Part shown: one piece after another, positions 12,679 to 25,505 of the stretch
Position numbering within the stretch: the first letter of the stretch is position 1
Layout of the letters: each line of letters starts with the position of its first letter
Source of the DNA: Amphiscolops sp. MND2022
Lineage: Eukaryota
Length of the DNA stretch: 64,000 nt
NCBI GenBank assembly: GCA_964187785.1
Contig: OZ076409.1
Location: 58,406,001 to 58,470,000 of the forward strand
Direction: 5' to 3'
Position numbers and translations under genes: made by a program
The notes under the pieces: generated by a model
Told to the model about the DNA's origin: nothing
The model's input: the letters and a program-made list of their open reading frames with translations, nothing else
The model's database searches: none

Positions 12679-15318
12679 TCATCCCCAAAAGTTTCCTGTA
12701 TATGATAAACCACCGTATCTATTCGGTTTATTTGTTTTTCGGTTTGAACGCCGTATGTTATGTTCTAAATTCTCACCAGAAATTTCATCCTCGGTGTGAA
12801 TTTGTATTGCGTCGTCTTCCGGATTCGTTTGTATTGGAACATATCTTCCGTTTCGCTCGGATGTATCGTATGCGATGTTTCCGGTCTCCTCCGGCATTTC
12901 TTCGTCCTCGTCATCATCATCGTCTTCTGTCTCGCTGTCGGTTTTTCTGTTTTGTACTTTTTTTAGTTTTCCATTTAGTATGTCCCGTAGGATTTCGTCC
13001 CAGCGGCCATACTTCCCGTCTAGTCCACGGAGGCAGTGTCTATTCTTCGGTTGAATTTCAACGCTTGTCATTGGTGCCGGTTCTCGTCTTGTCTTTCTTT
13101 CATTCTGAAATAATGGGCCCGAAATAAATTTTCAGCTGATGGTTTTTCCGGTATCCGTTTTCACGGTGTTTTCGGTTCCGCTTATTGCGGTTTGTATTTT
13201 CTTTTGAAATTTTCCTTCTAGGGATTTTTTGTTATGGTTCTTTTCTCGAAATTTAAAAGGATAGCTAACCGAATTTTTCTTTTTCGGTGATTTCGGTCCC
13301 TCTGCTAGGTTCTTTTCTTCCGTTTTGTTTCGTGCCATAATGATATGGTTTGTTATCTCGCATTCTCCGTCTCGACCCACGTAGATGGGGATCTTCGGTC
13401 TTATTGGTGCTGAAATAGATAATTCTGACCAATCAGATAGAAAAGTTTTACCGTGTTTAACAATGTTTGTTAATTCGGTTCTCGGCTTTCTTCCGTGATG
13501 TAATTCAAATGGTGTTTTCTTAAGTCCCGTGTGTACGGTAAATCGCATTACTCGGAGTGCTCGGTTTACGTTTTCGGTAAGGTTTTTACCGTCTTCCATG
13601 TTTGTTAACACTAGATTTTTTAGTGTCTGTATTGCTCGTTCCACCACTCCATTTCCCGTGTGTATCCGGGGTGTACAATACTCAAATTCTATATTCCGGT
13701 TTTTGCAAAATTGCCAGTATTCTTTTGAGATAAAGGCGCCTCCTTTATCCGATTTAATTTTCTCCGGTATTCCGTATAAATTAAAATTACTTGTTAAAAA
13801 CTGTATCACTTCTTTTGTTTCGGCAGTTTTACAAATTTTTATGGTTGGCCATTTACTGAATTTATCTACCGCAATTAGTATTTGTACGTCTCCGTGTATT
13901 TTTTGATTGTGTAGTTTTCCGGTGAAATCGATTTGTATTTCTTTTCGGTTTCATTCAAATATCTACTACCGTACGCTATCGGTTTCGTGTTTCCGTCGTC
14001 TTGTTTTTGCCAAAGTGTTATTCCGAGACCGGTAGTGCTTGCATCTGTTGTCACTATATTGTCTTTATCTTTCGCGTAATGTGCCAGGCATGGTCCTTCG
14101 GTTAACATTTGTTTTATTTTTTCAAAGTCTTTTTATTTTTCTTCTTCCCAATTCCATGGTTCATTTTTTTTCAGAAGTTTCCTCAGTCGGTCTGTTCGTT
14201 CCGAAAGTTTCGGTAGGAATTTCGCCATATATTGTATTGCTCCGAGAACTGATTTTAATTCTTTTGTGTTTTTCGGTGGATTTAATTTTTGTATCGCTTC
14301 GATTTTTTCTTCATTCGGTTTGATTCCGTTCTCGTCTATTTCGTGTCCCAGCCATTTTGTTCAGTTCAAAAAGAATTCGGACTTTCTTTTACTCGCTCTA
14401 TATCCGGCTTTTTCTAGTTTATTCAAAATGTCGAATAGTTTTTTTTCGTGGTCCTGTTTGTTTCCGCGAGTTACCACGATTATGTCGTCTAGCCAAGCCG
14501 GTGTACAGTATTCGAGTGTCCGGTCAATCTTTTCTTGGAATATCGTGGGGATATCGGCCAATCCGTAAAATCCCTTTTTAAATCGATAGTATCCGCTGAA
14601 ATTTCCTCCGGTTAATGCGAATACGCATTGTCGGCTGGTTTCATCTGATAATTTCATTTGTCCGTATGCGTAGTCCAAATCAATTTTTGACATGAATAAC
14701 TGTGCTGTACGGTCACGGGTAATTTCAATCGAAATCTGGTTTGGTAATTCCTCCATGTTCGGCATGTGTGGTCTCATCTTGATACAACTATCATTTAGTT
14801 TCCGTGAGTCCAGTGCTATTTTTACCGACTTATCACTTTTTACGGTTATCACCACCGGAGAGACAAAACAATCTTCGTCTACATTGTTTACTTTTTCCAA
14901 ATGTCCGGATTTTATTAATCTCTCTAATTCTCGTTCTACATCTTTCTGTAGATGTAGTGGTACCGGTCTGGCTTTCTGTTTTATCGGTTGGTGTCCCGGT
15001 TTCAATTGAATTTTTATTTCGGTGTCTTTTATTGTTTCATTGTTTTCAAATAGGTCCGGGAACTTTGTGAATACTTTCTCGCGTTCTGATTGGTTGTTCT
15101 CGGCCAATTGTATTTTTCCGATTGTTAGTTTGAATTTCTTCATCCAGTCCATTCCGAGTAGTCGGTGTTATATCTGTTCTCTCGGTAATTAAAATTTCCA
15201 TTTTCTGTTTGTTGTTTTCGTATTCTATGTTCACCGGAATTTTTCCCCGGAACTTCACTTCGTTTTTGTTCACATCTTGGTATCTATTTGTTATTTTCTG
15301 AATTTCGGTAGCTTTCAT
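12679..15318 (-). pseudogene. pol: Fragmented pol (PR C-terminus, RT, partial RNase H, integrase core)
   Basis: ORF fragments 14361-15152 (RT, WLDD), 13875-14108 (RNase H) and 13132-13809 (integrase) separated by frameshifts and a deletion. Confidence 0.9.
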
Positions 15319-16364
15319 GATTCTTTCATCGGGGGCATTATTGAAACGGTTGATCCGGTATCGATTATGAATTCCTTCTTTACTCCGTTGATTTGTACTG
15401 TTGCCGTAAAGTGTTTGTTCATTTCGTTTATCTTCTTGATTTCTTTTATGTGGTGAATGCTTACGTCTGAGTCACTTGTTGATTCGTTCGGTTCGTTTGT
15501 TTCTTCTTCGGTTAGTCTTTTCACCGTTCGGTTGTTGTTGAATTTCTGTCTGCATGCTTTTGCGTAATCTCCTTGCTTTCCGCATTTGTTGCAGTTGGCT
15601 TCTAGTGCGGGGCATTTATGCATTGGTGTCCAGTTTTGAGCATTACAAAATCTGCATGTTCGGTTTCCGAAGTTTTTATTTTTCGGTCTTGTTCCGAATC
15701 TTTCCATTCTTTGGATCGGTTCTTCTTTAATTATGTGTTTTTCTTTTGTTGATATCAAGGCTTCCGGTATTGTATTCTTTTTATTCTTTTTTTCGTACTT
15801 GTTTTGTTTTATCAGTTCGATTATTTTCTTTAATTCCAACGTTTTTTCTTTCATTATTTTGTCCCGTAATTTTTTATCGGTGATCGCTGTCATATATTTT
15901 GATATCAACAGTTCTTCGGCTGATATTGCATTGAAGTTACATTCCTTTTCGATTTCGATCAGCCGTCTCCAGAATTCTTCCGGTGTCTCATCTTCGGTCT
16001 GCTTCGCCCAGAAGAAATCTCCGCGATTGTGGTAAGTGTTTCTTTTCGGCATATAGAATTCGGTGAATAACCGGATTAGGTCTTTCACTTTTATGCTGTC
16101 GGGTTCCGTTTTATATTCGGCCCTAGTTATTTGGTATAATGCTTCCGGTCTCACTCCCCATATAAAATCTTCTTGTACGATTTGTTTTTTTCCGTTCCAA
16201 TCGGCATCCGTAATATTTCCTCCTTTCAGTAGTGGGTTAATTTCAATTTTGTGTTCCCCTTTACAAAACTGCCGGAACCTTTCAAGCCATTGTCTCGGTG
16301 TAAATACCGGGTTTCCGTCTGTGGCTTTTGTTTCTAGGTTTGGGACGATATTTCTTTCGGCCAT
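15315..16364 (-). CDS. gag: Gag plus start of aspartic protease (frameshifted gag-pol)
   Basis: CRFC..HKC and CNKCGKQGDYAKAC knuckles; FIIDTGS protease motif. Confidence 0.85.
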   Translation of the reverse strand: MAERNIVPNLETKATDGNPVFTPRQWLERFRQFCKGEHKIEINPLLKGGNITDADWNGKKQIVQEDFIWGVRPEALYQITRAEYKTEPDSIKVKDLIRLFTEFYMPKRNTYHNRGDFFWAKQTEDETPEEFWRRLIEIEKECNFNAISAEELLISKYMTAITDKKLRDKIMKEKTLELKKIIELIKQNKYEKKNKKNTIPEALISTKEKHIIKEEPIQRMERFGTRPKNKNFGNRTCRFCNAQNWTPMHKCPALEANCNKCGKQGDYAKACRQKFNNNRTVKRLTEEETNEPNESTSDSDVSIHHIKEIKKINEMNKHFTATVQINGVKKEFIIDTGSTVSIMPPMKES

Positions 16365-16653
16365 TGTTTTCCGTTTTAAAAGGATTTGTTCAATTTAAAA
16401 ATCGGCTGACTGCGCCATGTTCTATTCTAAGGTTGATATAAGATATAGGAGAAAACGAATTAAAATAATGTTTGTATTCCCAATCTTTTTATCGTATGTT
16501 CTATCCCAAATTTGTATCCAAAATGAGTATAGAGTAAAGTAATCTATTTAGATTTTGTTTGTATACATCTCTTAGGTATGCTAGACAATTGGGTGGTAGT
16601 TTGTAACTGAAACTCATAGGGGTCATTCGGTTCAACCGTATAACATTTTTTAC

Positions 16654-17257
16654 AAATTTTACTCTCAGTGTGACAATTTCGGGTCCAGATTCAATTTTGT
16701 TTTTGCCTCTGAAGTCAAAACTTTCTTAAATCGCAAATCAACAGCTTCCTTTTTTGAGTCACAAAAACAGTTAGTTCGAACAGAATTACAGTCCAAATGT
16801 GTGCAAAAAGAGAAACCAAAAAGGTACCCAGACACACATACACAACCAAACACCTTGTCTGTTTATCCCGTGGAATCTAAAAAAGCGTGTGTCGATCCCA
16901 TGATTGCGATAACAACGGAGGAGACACCCGAAAATACAAAAAGCTCTATTTTGTCCGAAAATTCAGACACTGCGTTATTTTTCATACCCTATACAATCTC
17001 GATGAAGCTTTGATTTCTGCTGAGACTTTAGAAAAGTTCTGTATTTCAAGTATTTGAAAATGTTTCATTTATCAGATCTTGTGTTTTTGACAAATATACC
17101 CAATTGAAGCAATTTCATTTAATTGCCATTTTGGACCTCGGAAGTATGTGGAAGGCTCGGGTACCCTAGAAGAACGTTTTCACGTGCTTATGGGACGCGT
17201 CTGGTCTTGACGTGTACCAGCGGGTCGCCTGGGAGCTTTAAAAAGAGGAGTCTCTTC
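16654..17257 (+). repeat. 604-bp direct repeat, copy 2
   Basis: Matches 11651-12254. Confidence 0.95.
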
Positions 17258-17458
17258 GACGTGTAAAAAGTTCCCCATGAGACCACTTTTTGGCCATGAG
17301 ACCAGCCGTGTAGGGACTGAACCTAGACAAAACGTTTTGGAGAGTCCTATATTGTTTTTGTTTTTGCTGCCTAATTGCTCTCATTTAATTTAATAAATTT
17401 AATGGTTATTACATTCACGACGTTTTTCTTTTGCTACAAAGATTGAAATTTTGTGACA
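16758..17458 (+). mobile_element. Solo LTR (~700 bp) related to the LTR of the 36163-51210 element; truncated duplicate at 11755-12254
   Basis: Termini (T)GTCACAAAA...TTTTGTGACA. 17131-17290 aligns by eye with the reverse complement of the large LTR (gacctcgga.gtatgt.ga, acgtgctt.tgggacg, aggagtctc.tcg, gagacca). Confidence 0.75.
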
Positions 17459-17489
17459 GTCATTAATCTGAGACGCATTTGATAATTAA

Positions 17490-17850
17490 AACGTGGGTTA
17501 TATGATCATGGGATGATATGAACGTGGGGTGAAATGCATGTGGGGTGAAATGAACGTGGGGTGAAATGAAAGTAGCGTGAAATGAGTATGGGGTAAAATG
17601 AACGTGGGATGAATTGAAAGTATGGTAAAATGAATGTGAGTTAAAATGATATGGGGTGAATTATGAAATGATACGAGGTTGTTAAACTGCTGATCAATGA
17701 AACAATTAGCGACGAATTGTCGCTTTTTAAAATGGGACGAATTGTTGACGTTTAATTGACGAAAAGTTGAACTGACGCTTGGGATGAAATGTCGCCTTTT
17801 GGAATTTGGGACGAATCGTCGGTTGGGACGAATAGTTGCCCAAACAATTT
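17490..17850. repeat. Degenerate minisatellite (~16-bp units TGAAATGAACGTGGGG), followed by GACGAATTGTCG-like units
   Basis: Directly visible tandem units. Confidence 0.85.
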
Positions 17851-18094
17851 TGTCGGAGCGAAGCCCTGGGGGTTTTCCCCAGAGCACTGTTAGTCACCTA
17901 GAAAAGCCGCTTTAGAAAAAACATATTGTATTGTTAATGACATTTCAAGTGTAATTTTATGCATACAGCTGAATTTCGTTCTATCGAGTGTTCTTTTTGC
18001 CTGGAGAGGGAATTGTGGGTAATAAGAATTTGTGGTAAGCTACGCCGAAGAAACGAACAAGCGGAGCAAGCCCCGCAAAGAGACAGTCTTATTC

Positions 18095-18126
18095 ATGGAT
18101 ACGTTCATCACGGCTAAAGTCGACAG
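18095..18126 (+). CDS. Tandem-RGS protein, probable coding exon 1 (MDTFITAKVD)
   Basis: First in-frame ATG after a stop at 18023. The donor CAG|GTACAA is phase 2 and fits the next exon. An alternative start is ATG 19431. Confidence 0.5.
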
Positions 18127-18509
18127 GTACAAATTATACTTTTCTCTGTTCAGAAATTCGGGAATAATATCGAAAAATATTTCAAATGTAGATTTCAATG
18201 ATATAAATTTAGTGGCATTTGGTCAAAAAAGATCTCGAATATCTTCTAGAGGAACTATAAGTAGGAAAATTGCTAAAACACTCCTGTTTGAATTTGAAAA
18301 TTTTGATGAAACAACTTTTGTATGGACAGGCGGCTGTGAAACAGATGTTAAATAATCGGGAAAACAATCAACAGCAGTTAAGTATTTTGAAAATGATTTA
18401 GAAGGATGAATTTTCGTTGCATTTTCTACAAATGCCATGTTCTCCAGATCGCAAAATTTACTTTCTTGCCCTTTATGAAGAACCCTTCATGAAACTGTTC
18501 AGCTGGTGT

Positions 18510-19175
18510 CTTTTTAGTCGGCACATTTTGAAAAAGTGCACGACTCTCACTGTGTCAAGTTTTTTCTTCGGTCACCATGAAGCGTCCACTTTTATGAATT
18601 TTAAAAGGAATTTTATAAACGTTATATGAAAATTATAAATGGGAATATCACACCTTTTGGCCCAGTGGTTAATGCTGATTTCCAGGCCGGGTGAAGGGGC
18701 CTAAAAGAAGGAGTATGTGGATTGGAGTCCCACATTAAACCAATTTTTTACGCTTGCAAATGTAGAAGGAAGACTAGAGGGTCCTCCTTTGGTTTGTTTT
18801 TGGTACTATGCGACTTTTTTTTCTCAATACCTGTGGAAAAGATCTACTGTTTTTCTGACATGTGCGATTTTTTTTCGAAACACTTATTTGGTCAAAGGGT
18901 GCCTTCACTTTTAAAAACGTTTTTAGCTTGGAAAAAGCATGTTGCGAACTTGAAGAGTCTCCTTTTAGAGTTTCCGGCAATGAGACTTTTCCAAGCAGGA
19001 AAAATTAGAATTTTGTGTTTTTTGATGTTTCGAGTCTTATGGGTACCTCTTTGGGTTTTTTGGCACTGGAGATTTGATAACAATTTTCACAATAGTGAGC
19101 GTTCGCTTATTCAAAGCACTTTGGTCATTTTGAACTTTGAGCGCGGCTCCGATTTGGGACGTTCCCGACTTGTTT
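18510..19175 (+). mobile_element. Non-autonomous Helentron/DINE-1-like element
   Basis: 5' tttagtcggc...cgact and 3' gggacgttcccgacttgtt termini, shared with 52086-52554. Confidence 0.55.
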
Positions 19176-19381
19176 AACCTCAATTATTCTATGAAGTTTT
19201 CGGTACAAAAATTAAGTGAATGAATAGTGTAGACTGAAACTATCGCATACATTCATTAATTTGAACAGAACATTATCCCACATATTTACCATCACAAACA
19301 AAAAAAAAACAGTTTTATTTCGCAATTTTGACGAGTTCAGAATTGCCCTAGATCTGAAAGTGAAGATCTCTTTTGTTTCAG

Positions 19382-19640
19382 TGTGCCACCCCATGCTTCA
19401 GCCACTGTGAACGACGGTGCCAAAACCAAAATGGATTCGTTCATGTCGGATGTGAGAAAGGAGACAGTTGTAACGTTCGTGACTCGAGAGAAGGAAAAAG
19501 CGAAAGATGTCATAGACGAAACCAGATTCAAGAAAGTGAGAGACTTGCTGAGTTCAGACAAAACCAAGGACATTTTTCTGGATTTTCTGAAAAGCGAGCA
19601 CTGCGAAGAGCTGCTAATGTTACTCGATGAAATCGATAAG
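19382..19640 (+). CDS. Tandem-RGS protein, exon 2 (start of RGS domain 1)
   Basis: Acceptor ttttgtttcag; FLDFLKSEHCEELL matches the RGS motif F..FL..E.SEENL. Confidence 0.8.
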
Positions 19641-20090
19641 GTCCCCTTGTTTCTTACTTTACCAAAATGAAACATTTCAAAGGAAAATATCACTCACAAA
19701 TTTTAGTCTATACATAAAAAGTAATTGCTCTATTTTTATCGTTCCTTTATATTAATTTATTATCGCTTTATTCGGGTAACCTCGTCTTTATTTTGTACTT
19801 ATGTAAAAGTTTTTCTTTTTCAAAACGTTCACTGCGAAAATGGATGCGAAAAATTAATGGGGGCAATAACTGCTGATACTGAAAAAATTTCATTCTAGTA
19901 TTTGAAGCTTGCTCCTTCTGCCTAAAAGGATATCTGAAAACTCTCAAAACATTTTCGAAAGAAATCACCCCTGAAGTTAAACCCAAGTTAGTGCATAAGA
20001 AAAGGGTACTTTTTGCATCGATAAATGCATCGATTTTGCATCAATGTTTTTTGAGCTCGAATTTATTTGGGGGTAAAATGAGAATTGCAG

Positions 20091-20358
20091 GTGGTGAAAA
20101 TGAAGGACCTGAGAAAAATTGAGGCGGCTAATAAGCACATTTTCGAAACCTATATTGCGGATGAGTCGCCCATGCAAGTGAATTTGGACCCACAATTGCA
20201 AATGGCATTGGAACATGACTACAGGAGCCCGGCTAAAAGAAGAACTAAAGTGCTTTTTCTGGCCGCGAAACGAGAGCTGTTACGTCATTTGGAGTTCGAG
20301 TTTACAAGATTCAGAGAACACGAGAATTTCTACGACTTGGAAGCTTCTCAGCGTGCAG
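20091..20358 (+). CDS. Tandem-RGS protein, exon 3 (end of RGS domain 1)
   Basis: IFETYIADESPMQVNLD...FLAAKRELLRHLEFEFTRF. Ends at the GC donor CAG|GCAAGG in phase 1. Confidence 0.85.
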
Positions 20359-20989
20359 GCAAGGCTCATTTTTCCTCGCATCGACACTTTTCCTGTCAGT
20401 ATTGTTTGACGGAAAAACAGAAAAATCTTAAGCTGAAGTGGTGACTATTAGTGAACCCCTAATCTGATGCTCCTAACGTGATGGCCATAAAGACGCATTA
20501 TTAATAAACTTTGACCCGAAATGCAAAATTAACGATATCTCTTTTTGAAAAAAAAATACGAATATCGAAACCCATCATGGAAAAACTTGACTTGCAGGCG
20601 CCATATTATTGGGGTATTTAAAATGCTAGTCGTAGAATAATGAATCACGGTCGAAGCGAAGAAACTGCATGCAAACAATCCACTTAGCATCACATTACTA
20701 ATCACGTTCAATTGTGAAAGCGAAAGTTTAATTCAACAGAATGATTATTTTCGTTATGGAAATGTTACATTTCGTTAAACAGAAACAGAAACACGTACCA
20801 CCACTCAGTTGGGACAGAGAATGAGCTTATCAACTCCTCGAGTCTCAACCACATGGAACCAGTCATTTTCAAAGTACAATGAAAAAACAAAGGAGGCGAC
20901 ATTTCACAGTTAACTTGTGAAGACCGCAATGAATAAATCAAATGGTATTTTGATTCTTGATCTAAACTCTAACGTCTTGACTAAGTTTT

Positions 20990-23900
20990 CCACATAGGGT
21001 GATGGCTTCTCGACAAAAAAGTTTTCGTATTTCCAACCCATCAACCTCGTAGAGTTTGTTTCAAATGTGTATAAATTTGAGCTTTTGTCATTTTTGCGAA
21101 ATCCATTGGTATGAGATTGTGTACCTTTAGCCAGTTATAGGCTTTTCTCAGAGTTATTTCAATCGATTTTGTTTAGTTACAGTTCAACAATTGGCTGTAG
21201 GCAAAAGACTTTTTTTACCAAAATCTAGTTTTTACACTGGTTTGCTCGTTTTCGACTTCAAGGAAGTGTATAGGAGATTCTGTTCTAAATTGCTTGAAAA
21301 CTTTTTTGAGAACTTCTAGGATATACAAATCAAACACAGTATGGATGTGGTAAGCGTCTATAATATCTCTTTGGCTGTGTTGTTTTGCTTGAAGAGAAAG
21401 GCTCGTAAGCTTCTCCTTTGAGCATTCTCAAGCACCACTAAATTAGTCTTTGCAGCACTGCCATATACCTACAATCCATAGCTAACTAGCGACCGTGCAT
21501 ATTCATTATAGAATAACAGGAGGCTTTTCATTGGGTATAAATGTCTTACTTTCAAACAAGACCGCAAAACTTATTCACTTTTTTAGGTATGTACGCAAGG
21601 TGTTCTTGGAATGTGAGTTTATTGTCAATGTAAACACCCAGATACTTGAAACAATTAATAAAATTTTTCAATATTCGTCGTTTTTCCTACGGCAAAATTC
21701 CTGCTCCCACATTTTGTGGTGTACAAAGCAGCTTTGTTCTGACGAATCCAGTGGCTGATTCTTTCGAGTTCACTATTCATATCAGTTGCATCTTGTTTCC
21801 CTATTTTGATAAGACTCGTATCACCGGGAAATAGCGCTATATCAGCGTCATTTCCACATATTTCTGGGAGATCAATAATATGCAAAAGGAATACAAAAGG
21901 TCCAAAACTGAACCTCGGCGAACTTCTGTTATTTCTTGAAACTAAGAATTTCGTCCATAACTTTCGACGTACTGGCATCGAGATCCTAATTAACTTTCCA
22001 GCAATTCAAAAATTGGTCCTCTAAGCCCCAAATAATTACTTTTTCTCAAATGTATTGACAGATCTCAAGAATCAAAAGCTTTTTTAAAGTCTAGCAATAC
22101 GCTTCACCTGTGGATTTTTTTATCAATAGCTTGCCGCATAAGTTCTGTGATATGCGCAAGGGCGTATGTACAAGACTGTTTCTGACGGAATTCGTACTGA
22201 TTTTTCGATAGTAATTGATTTTTATAGCAAAATTTAGTCATTCGTTTCAGAAGGTTTTTTAAACGTTTTACTCAATGATGGCAAGAGATTAATCAGTCGG
22301 TAGTTTTCAGGATTCGTTTTGTCATTTTTTTTGGAGAAGGCAATTACTTCACAATTTTTGGGCAATCAGGAAAAATCCCACACTGGATGCTACCATTGAA
22401 TGCTTCCGTTAGATGAAGCACGGTAACATGTGAAAAACATTTCAAAAAACTTCCCTACTAATTTATTCATATCCAGTGCTTTTCTTATTTTTCATCGGTT
22501 TGATGACTTTAGATACTTCATCAAGTGCTATTGGTTCTAGAGCAAACGTTTGCCCAAAATACGTGTTCATTATTTTTTCATCAGACTTGGTAATTTCAGA
22601 TGATAGGGTAGATCCAATTGATTAGTAATATTCATTCAGCAATTCGGGGTCAAGTAAGACTGATTTAGGGTGCCCATCTCTTACATGTCCTTTAAGTGTC
22701 CTGAAAGTTGTTTGGGTCGACGGATTGTCCCTAAATTTTCGAAAGTTTAGACCTCTTTTTGCATTCCTGGTTTTAGATGTTACACTGTTTCTTGCCAATT
22801 TGTATGCCAATCTGTTTTCATCCGAGGGTTTGTTGATCCATTTTAAAAATTTTTTTTATTTTGCGTTTTTGGTGTTTTTTGTGATCCACTCAGTACCATG
22901 AGCTTTATCGTCACAAACTGTTTCCGGTGCAAATTTGTCAACACATTCCATAATGGTCAATACAATTTGATTCAAGTATAATACGTCTTTCTTCTTGATG
23001 TTTTTGACCTTCTGGTCCAAATGTTGAATCTTGTCGAAATTTTAGAGTGGTGGTTTCCTTCGTTTTTTTTCAAAATATACTGTTATTTCACCTAGCGCAG
23101 TGTAGTTGTCACTAAATGATGTATTCCCATTCTCTGTTGAAACCGAAAAGCTTGTTTTAACGTGATCTAAGCAAGTTGCAGATGTCGGCGTCACTAGAGG
23201 AGGTAGAATGTTCTGCTTTCTGTAATCAAATGCAGTCAGAAGATATTCATAGTCTTTCATTTCTTCACTCTCAACTACTATCTCGATATTAGAGTCTCCA
23301 AAAATCATCGAGGCATCTTTTAGACTCCTGAGAAAATTCAGTAGTTTTTCCAAGGGATGTAAGAACGTTTTCATTTTATGACATTCAGTGCGGTATATTA
23401 CGCAGAATACCCTATAAATATCAGGTCCTAATTTTACTCGTACTATTGCGCTTTCAATTTCAGTCTCGAACTCTATCGTCTGAATTTAACCGCTTCCGAA
23501 AGGTAGATTGCAACACTGCCTCTCAGTTTTTTGTTTTGCGTGGTTTCGATAGAACCGGTTGGTACCCAAGTATTCTTTCATACTTTGAAGGTAGCATTTT
23601 TCGGAAGCCATGTTTCAGGTATTGCAATTACCTTCGGTTTGTTTTTGCAATGAGTTCATCATGAAGTGCTTTCAATGATTGTATATTGATCACCATCAAG
23701 TAAATTGCTATTTTTTCACTGTACTTCTCTATGACTGATGCTCACAATTATCATACGACAATAGAATAGCTTTTAATTGTTTGAAAGTCGTTCATGGATG
23801 AAGGTCCCCAGTCACCCCATCGCTCTCCATCGATACAACAGCGGTGTTGTTGGATTCACCAATTGAAGTATGAGCTCCTTTTTTCGGCGGCGTATAACCT

Positions 23901-24720
23901 GACGCTGTTTTACTGCTGATAAGTTCCTTCATCAAAGCGATTAGGTCTTTAGACTTTTCTTCGATACCAGGTGAATCCCGATAATTTCTCTGTTTCGGCT
24001 TATTGTTTCATTGCTGGTTTCGGTACCCAGTTTTTGTTCAGCATTTCTTCGGCCCCCTGAAACAGGGGAGCACCCTTGCATTGTGAAATACTTTTGTCTA
24101 CACAGTTAGTCGATATAAACTGGGTCCACTTTTATTCATTCGCATTCAGTTTCCCATTCACTTGCCCGTTTCGTGTTGATATTAGGCAATTTTTACTCTT
24201 AGCATAAGAAAATATATTCCTGTCAGAACCCGTTAGGCTCTCAACTATACATTTCGCCCTCTCATTTTGCTTTCTAGAAGTTTTGAGTGTACCTCTAGCT
24301 TGCCAGACATTTTCTCTTCGATGGTCATATAAACGTCTAACAATTCTTAGCTTTACATAACCTGAGGTGGGCAAAAAATGGAACGCTCCAACGTCCTGAT
24401 GTTGCAAAGGTACTTGTAAGGTGTTGTTGACAAGATGTATAACCCCGTCAATGGGACGAGGGTAATAGGATGTCGACATACCCAGAATCAATTTTTGGAC
24501 GAATAACATTCCTTGTTTATTGTTTTTTCTATCAGCAGTTGAACCTCGTAGAGCAATTCGTCGTTCTCATTTTGCATCAACACTTTCAATCACGCATTCT
24601 AACAACCGTTCAATAACATTCAACAACCGTTCAACAGCATTCATTGTACTTAGAAACACCCACCGATCTTTAAGATTTCCCGAGAAAACATTTTCCCGCT
24701 GAAAAACGACAGATGGTTCT
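20990..24720 (-). mobile_element. Heavily decayed non-LTR retrotransposon (LINE with APE endonuclease + RT) inside an RGS-gene intron
   Basis: Endonuclease remnants IFGDSN/TSATCLDH (23042-23374). RT remnants GPFVFLLHIIDLP...LFPGDT, decayed from GP.LF..YINDL..FADDT (21655-21978). Many stops; boundaries approximate. Confidence 0.8.
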
Positions 24721-24850
24721 ATTATTAATTCCTTGAAACCTCTAAAGTAACTTGACTTTGAAAAGTTAACTATTTTCAATTTTATTTCGTTTGACCCAGT
24801 TCAAAATGCCTACTGATGGAAAAAAGTTAAAATGATAAAATGAGCCACAG

Positions 24851-25025
24851 GTGACATTGACAAATGGAAGAACAATTTTCACGATGTGTTGAATGATGAA
24901 GTTGGGCGATGCGTTCTGCTTAAGTTCATGATGATGGAGCGAAATGAAGAAAATCTGCTGTTTTTCATGGCTGTGCAGAGAATGAAATGTTTGACAGACC
25001 CGGAGGAGATAAAAGAAAACAACTG
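24851..25025 (+). CDS. Tandem-RGS protein, exon 4 (start of RGS domain 2)
   Basis: GDIDKWKNNFHDVLNDEVGRCVLLKFMMMERNEENLLFFMAVQRMK; phase 1 in, phase 2 out. Confidence 0.9.
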
Positions 25026-25505
25026 GTTTGAAATTTTGTTTGCAACTGGTTCTAATTTTGGATGCATTCTTGTTAACTTTAGTGGCAATTCTATACATTG
25101 GGGCCTTTTCTAGTTCAGTTGACCTCTTGGTTAAGACGTGAGCGGAATCAAATAAAAACGGTTCAACCTTGCAAGCTGACACAGTAAAAAATTCGAAACG
25201 CTTTGGATATTGGGAGTGATTTAAGAAGATCTCGAATTGACGAAAAACTACTTCTCGAACAATGGAAGCATAATATTAGCTTTTGAGAAGTAAAAGTCAT
25301 TTTAAGATGGGTATAGAAACAATTTTCCATAACCTTTTAACCTCTATTGCTAGCCAAGTCAAAAGCCATTGGATATTATTTTGAGTTGGTTATGTTAGCG
25401 GCTAGTTCCGGCTCGATCTTCAGAGAACACTGAACTGGCAATAAATTGCTATTTTTTCATGCTTTTTCTGAAACTCTAATAGAGCAAAAAGACTTTGTAA
25501 ATCAG

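Larger units (their letters stand above)
12255..16645 (-). mobile_element. Ty3/Gypsy (Mag-like) LTR retrotransposon, frameshifted and internally deleted; LTRs 12255-12483 and 16418-16645
   Basis: TG...CA LTRs ~97% identical. PBS TGGCGCAGTCAGCC at 16404-16417, PPT at 12484-12500. Gag with two Cys knuckles, protease IDTG, RT WLDD, RNase H TTDAS and integrase SDKG/VER. Confidence 0.95.

Noticed and set aside
16758..17461. Possible third example of a 3-bp TSD (GTC) at the solo LTR
   Set aside because: The left junction has lost bases, so 3-, 4- and 5-bp TSDs are indistinguishable.
17498..17887. His-rich 129-aa ORF and CRISPR-like periodicity
   Set aside because: Translation of a minisatellite; no unique spacers, no cas genes, eukaryotic context.
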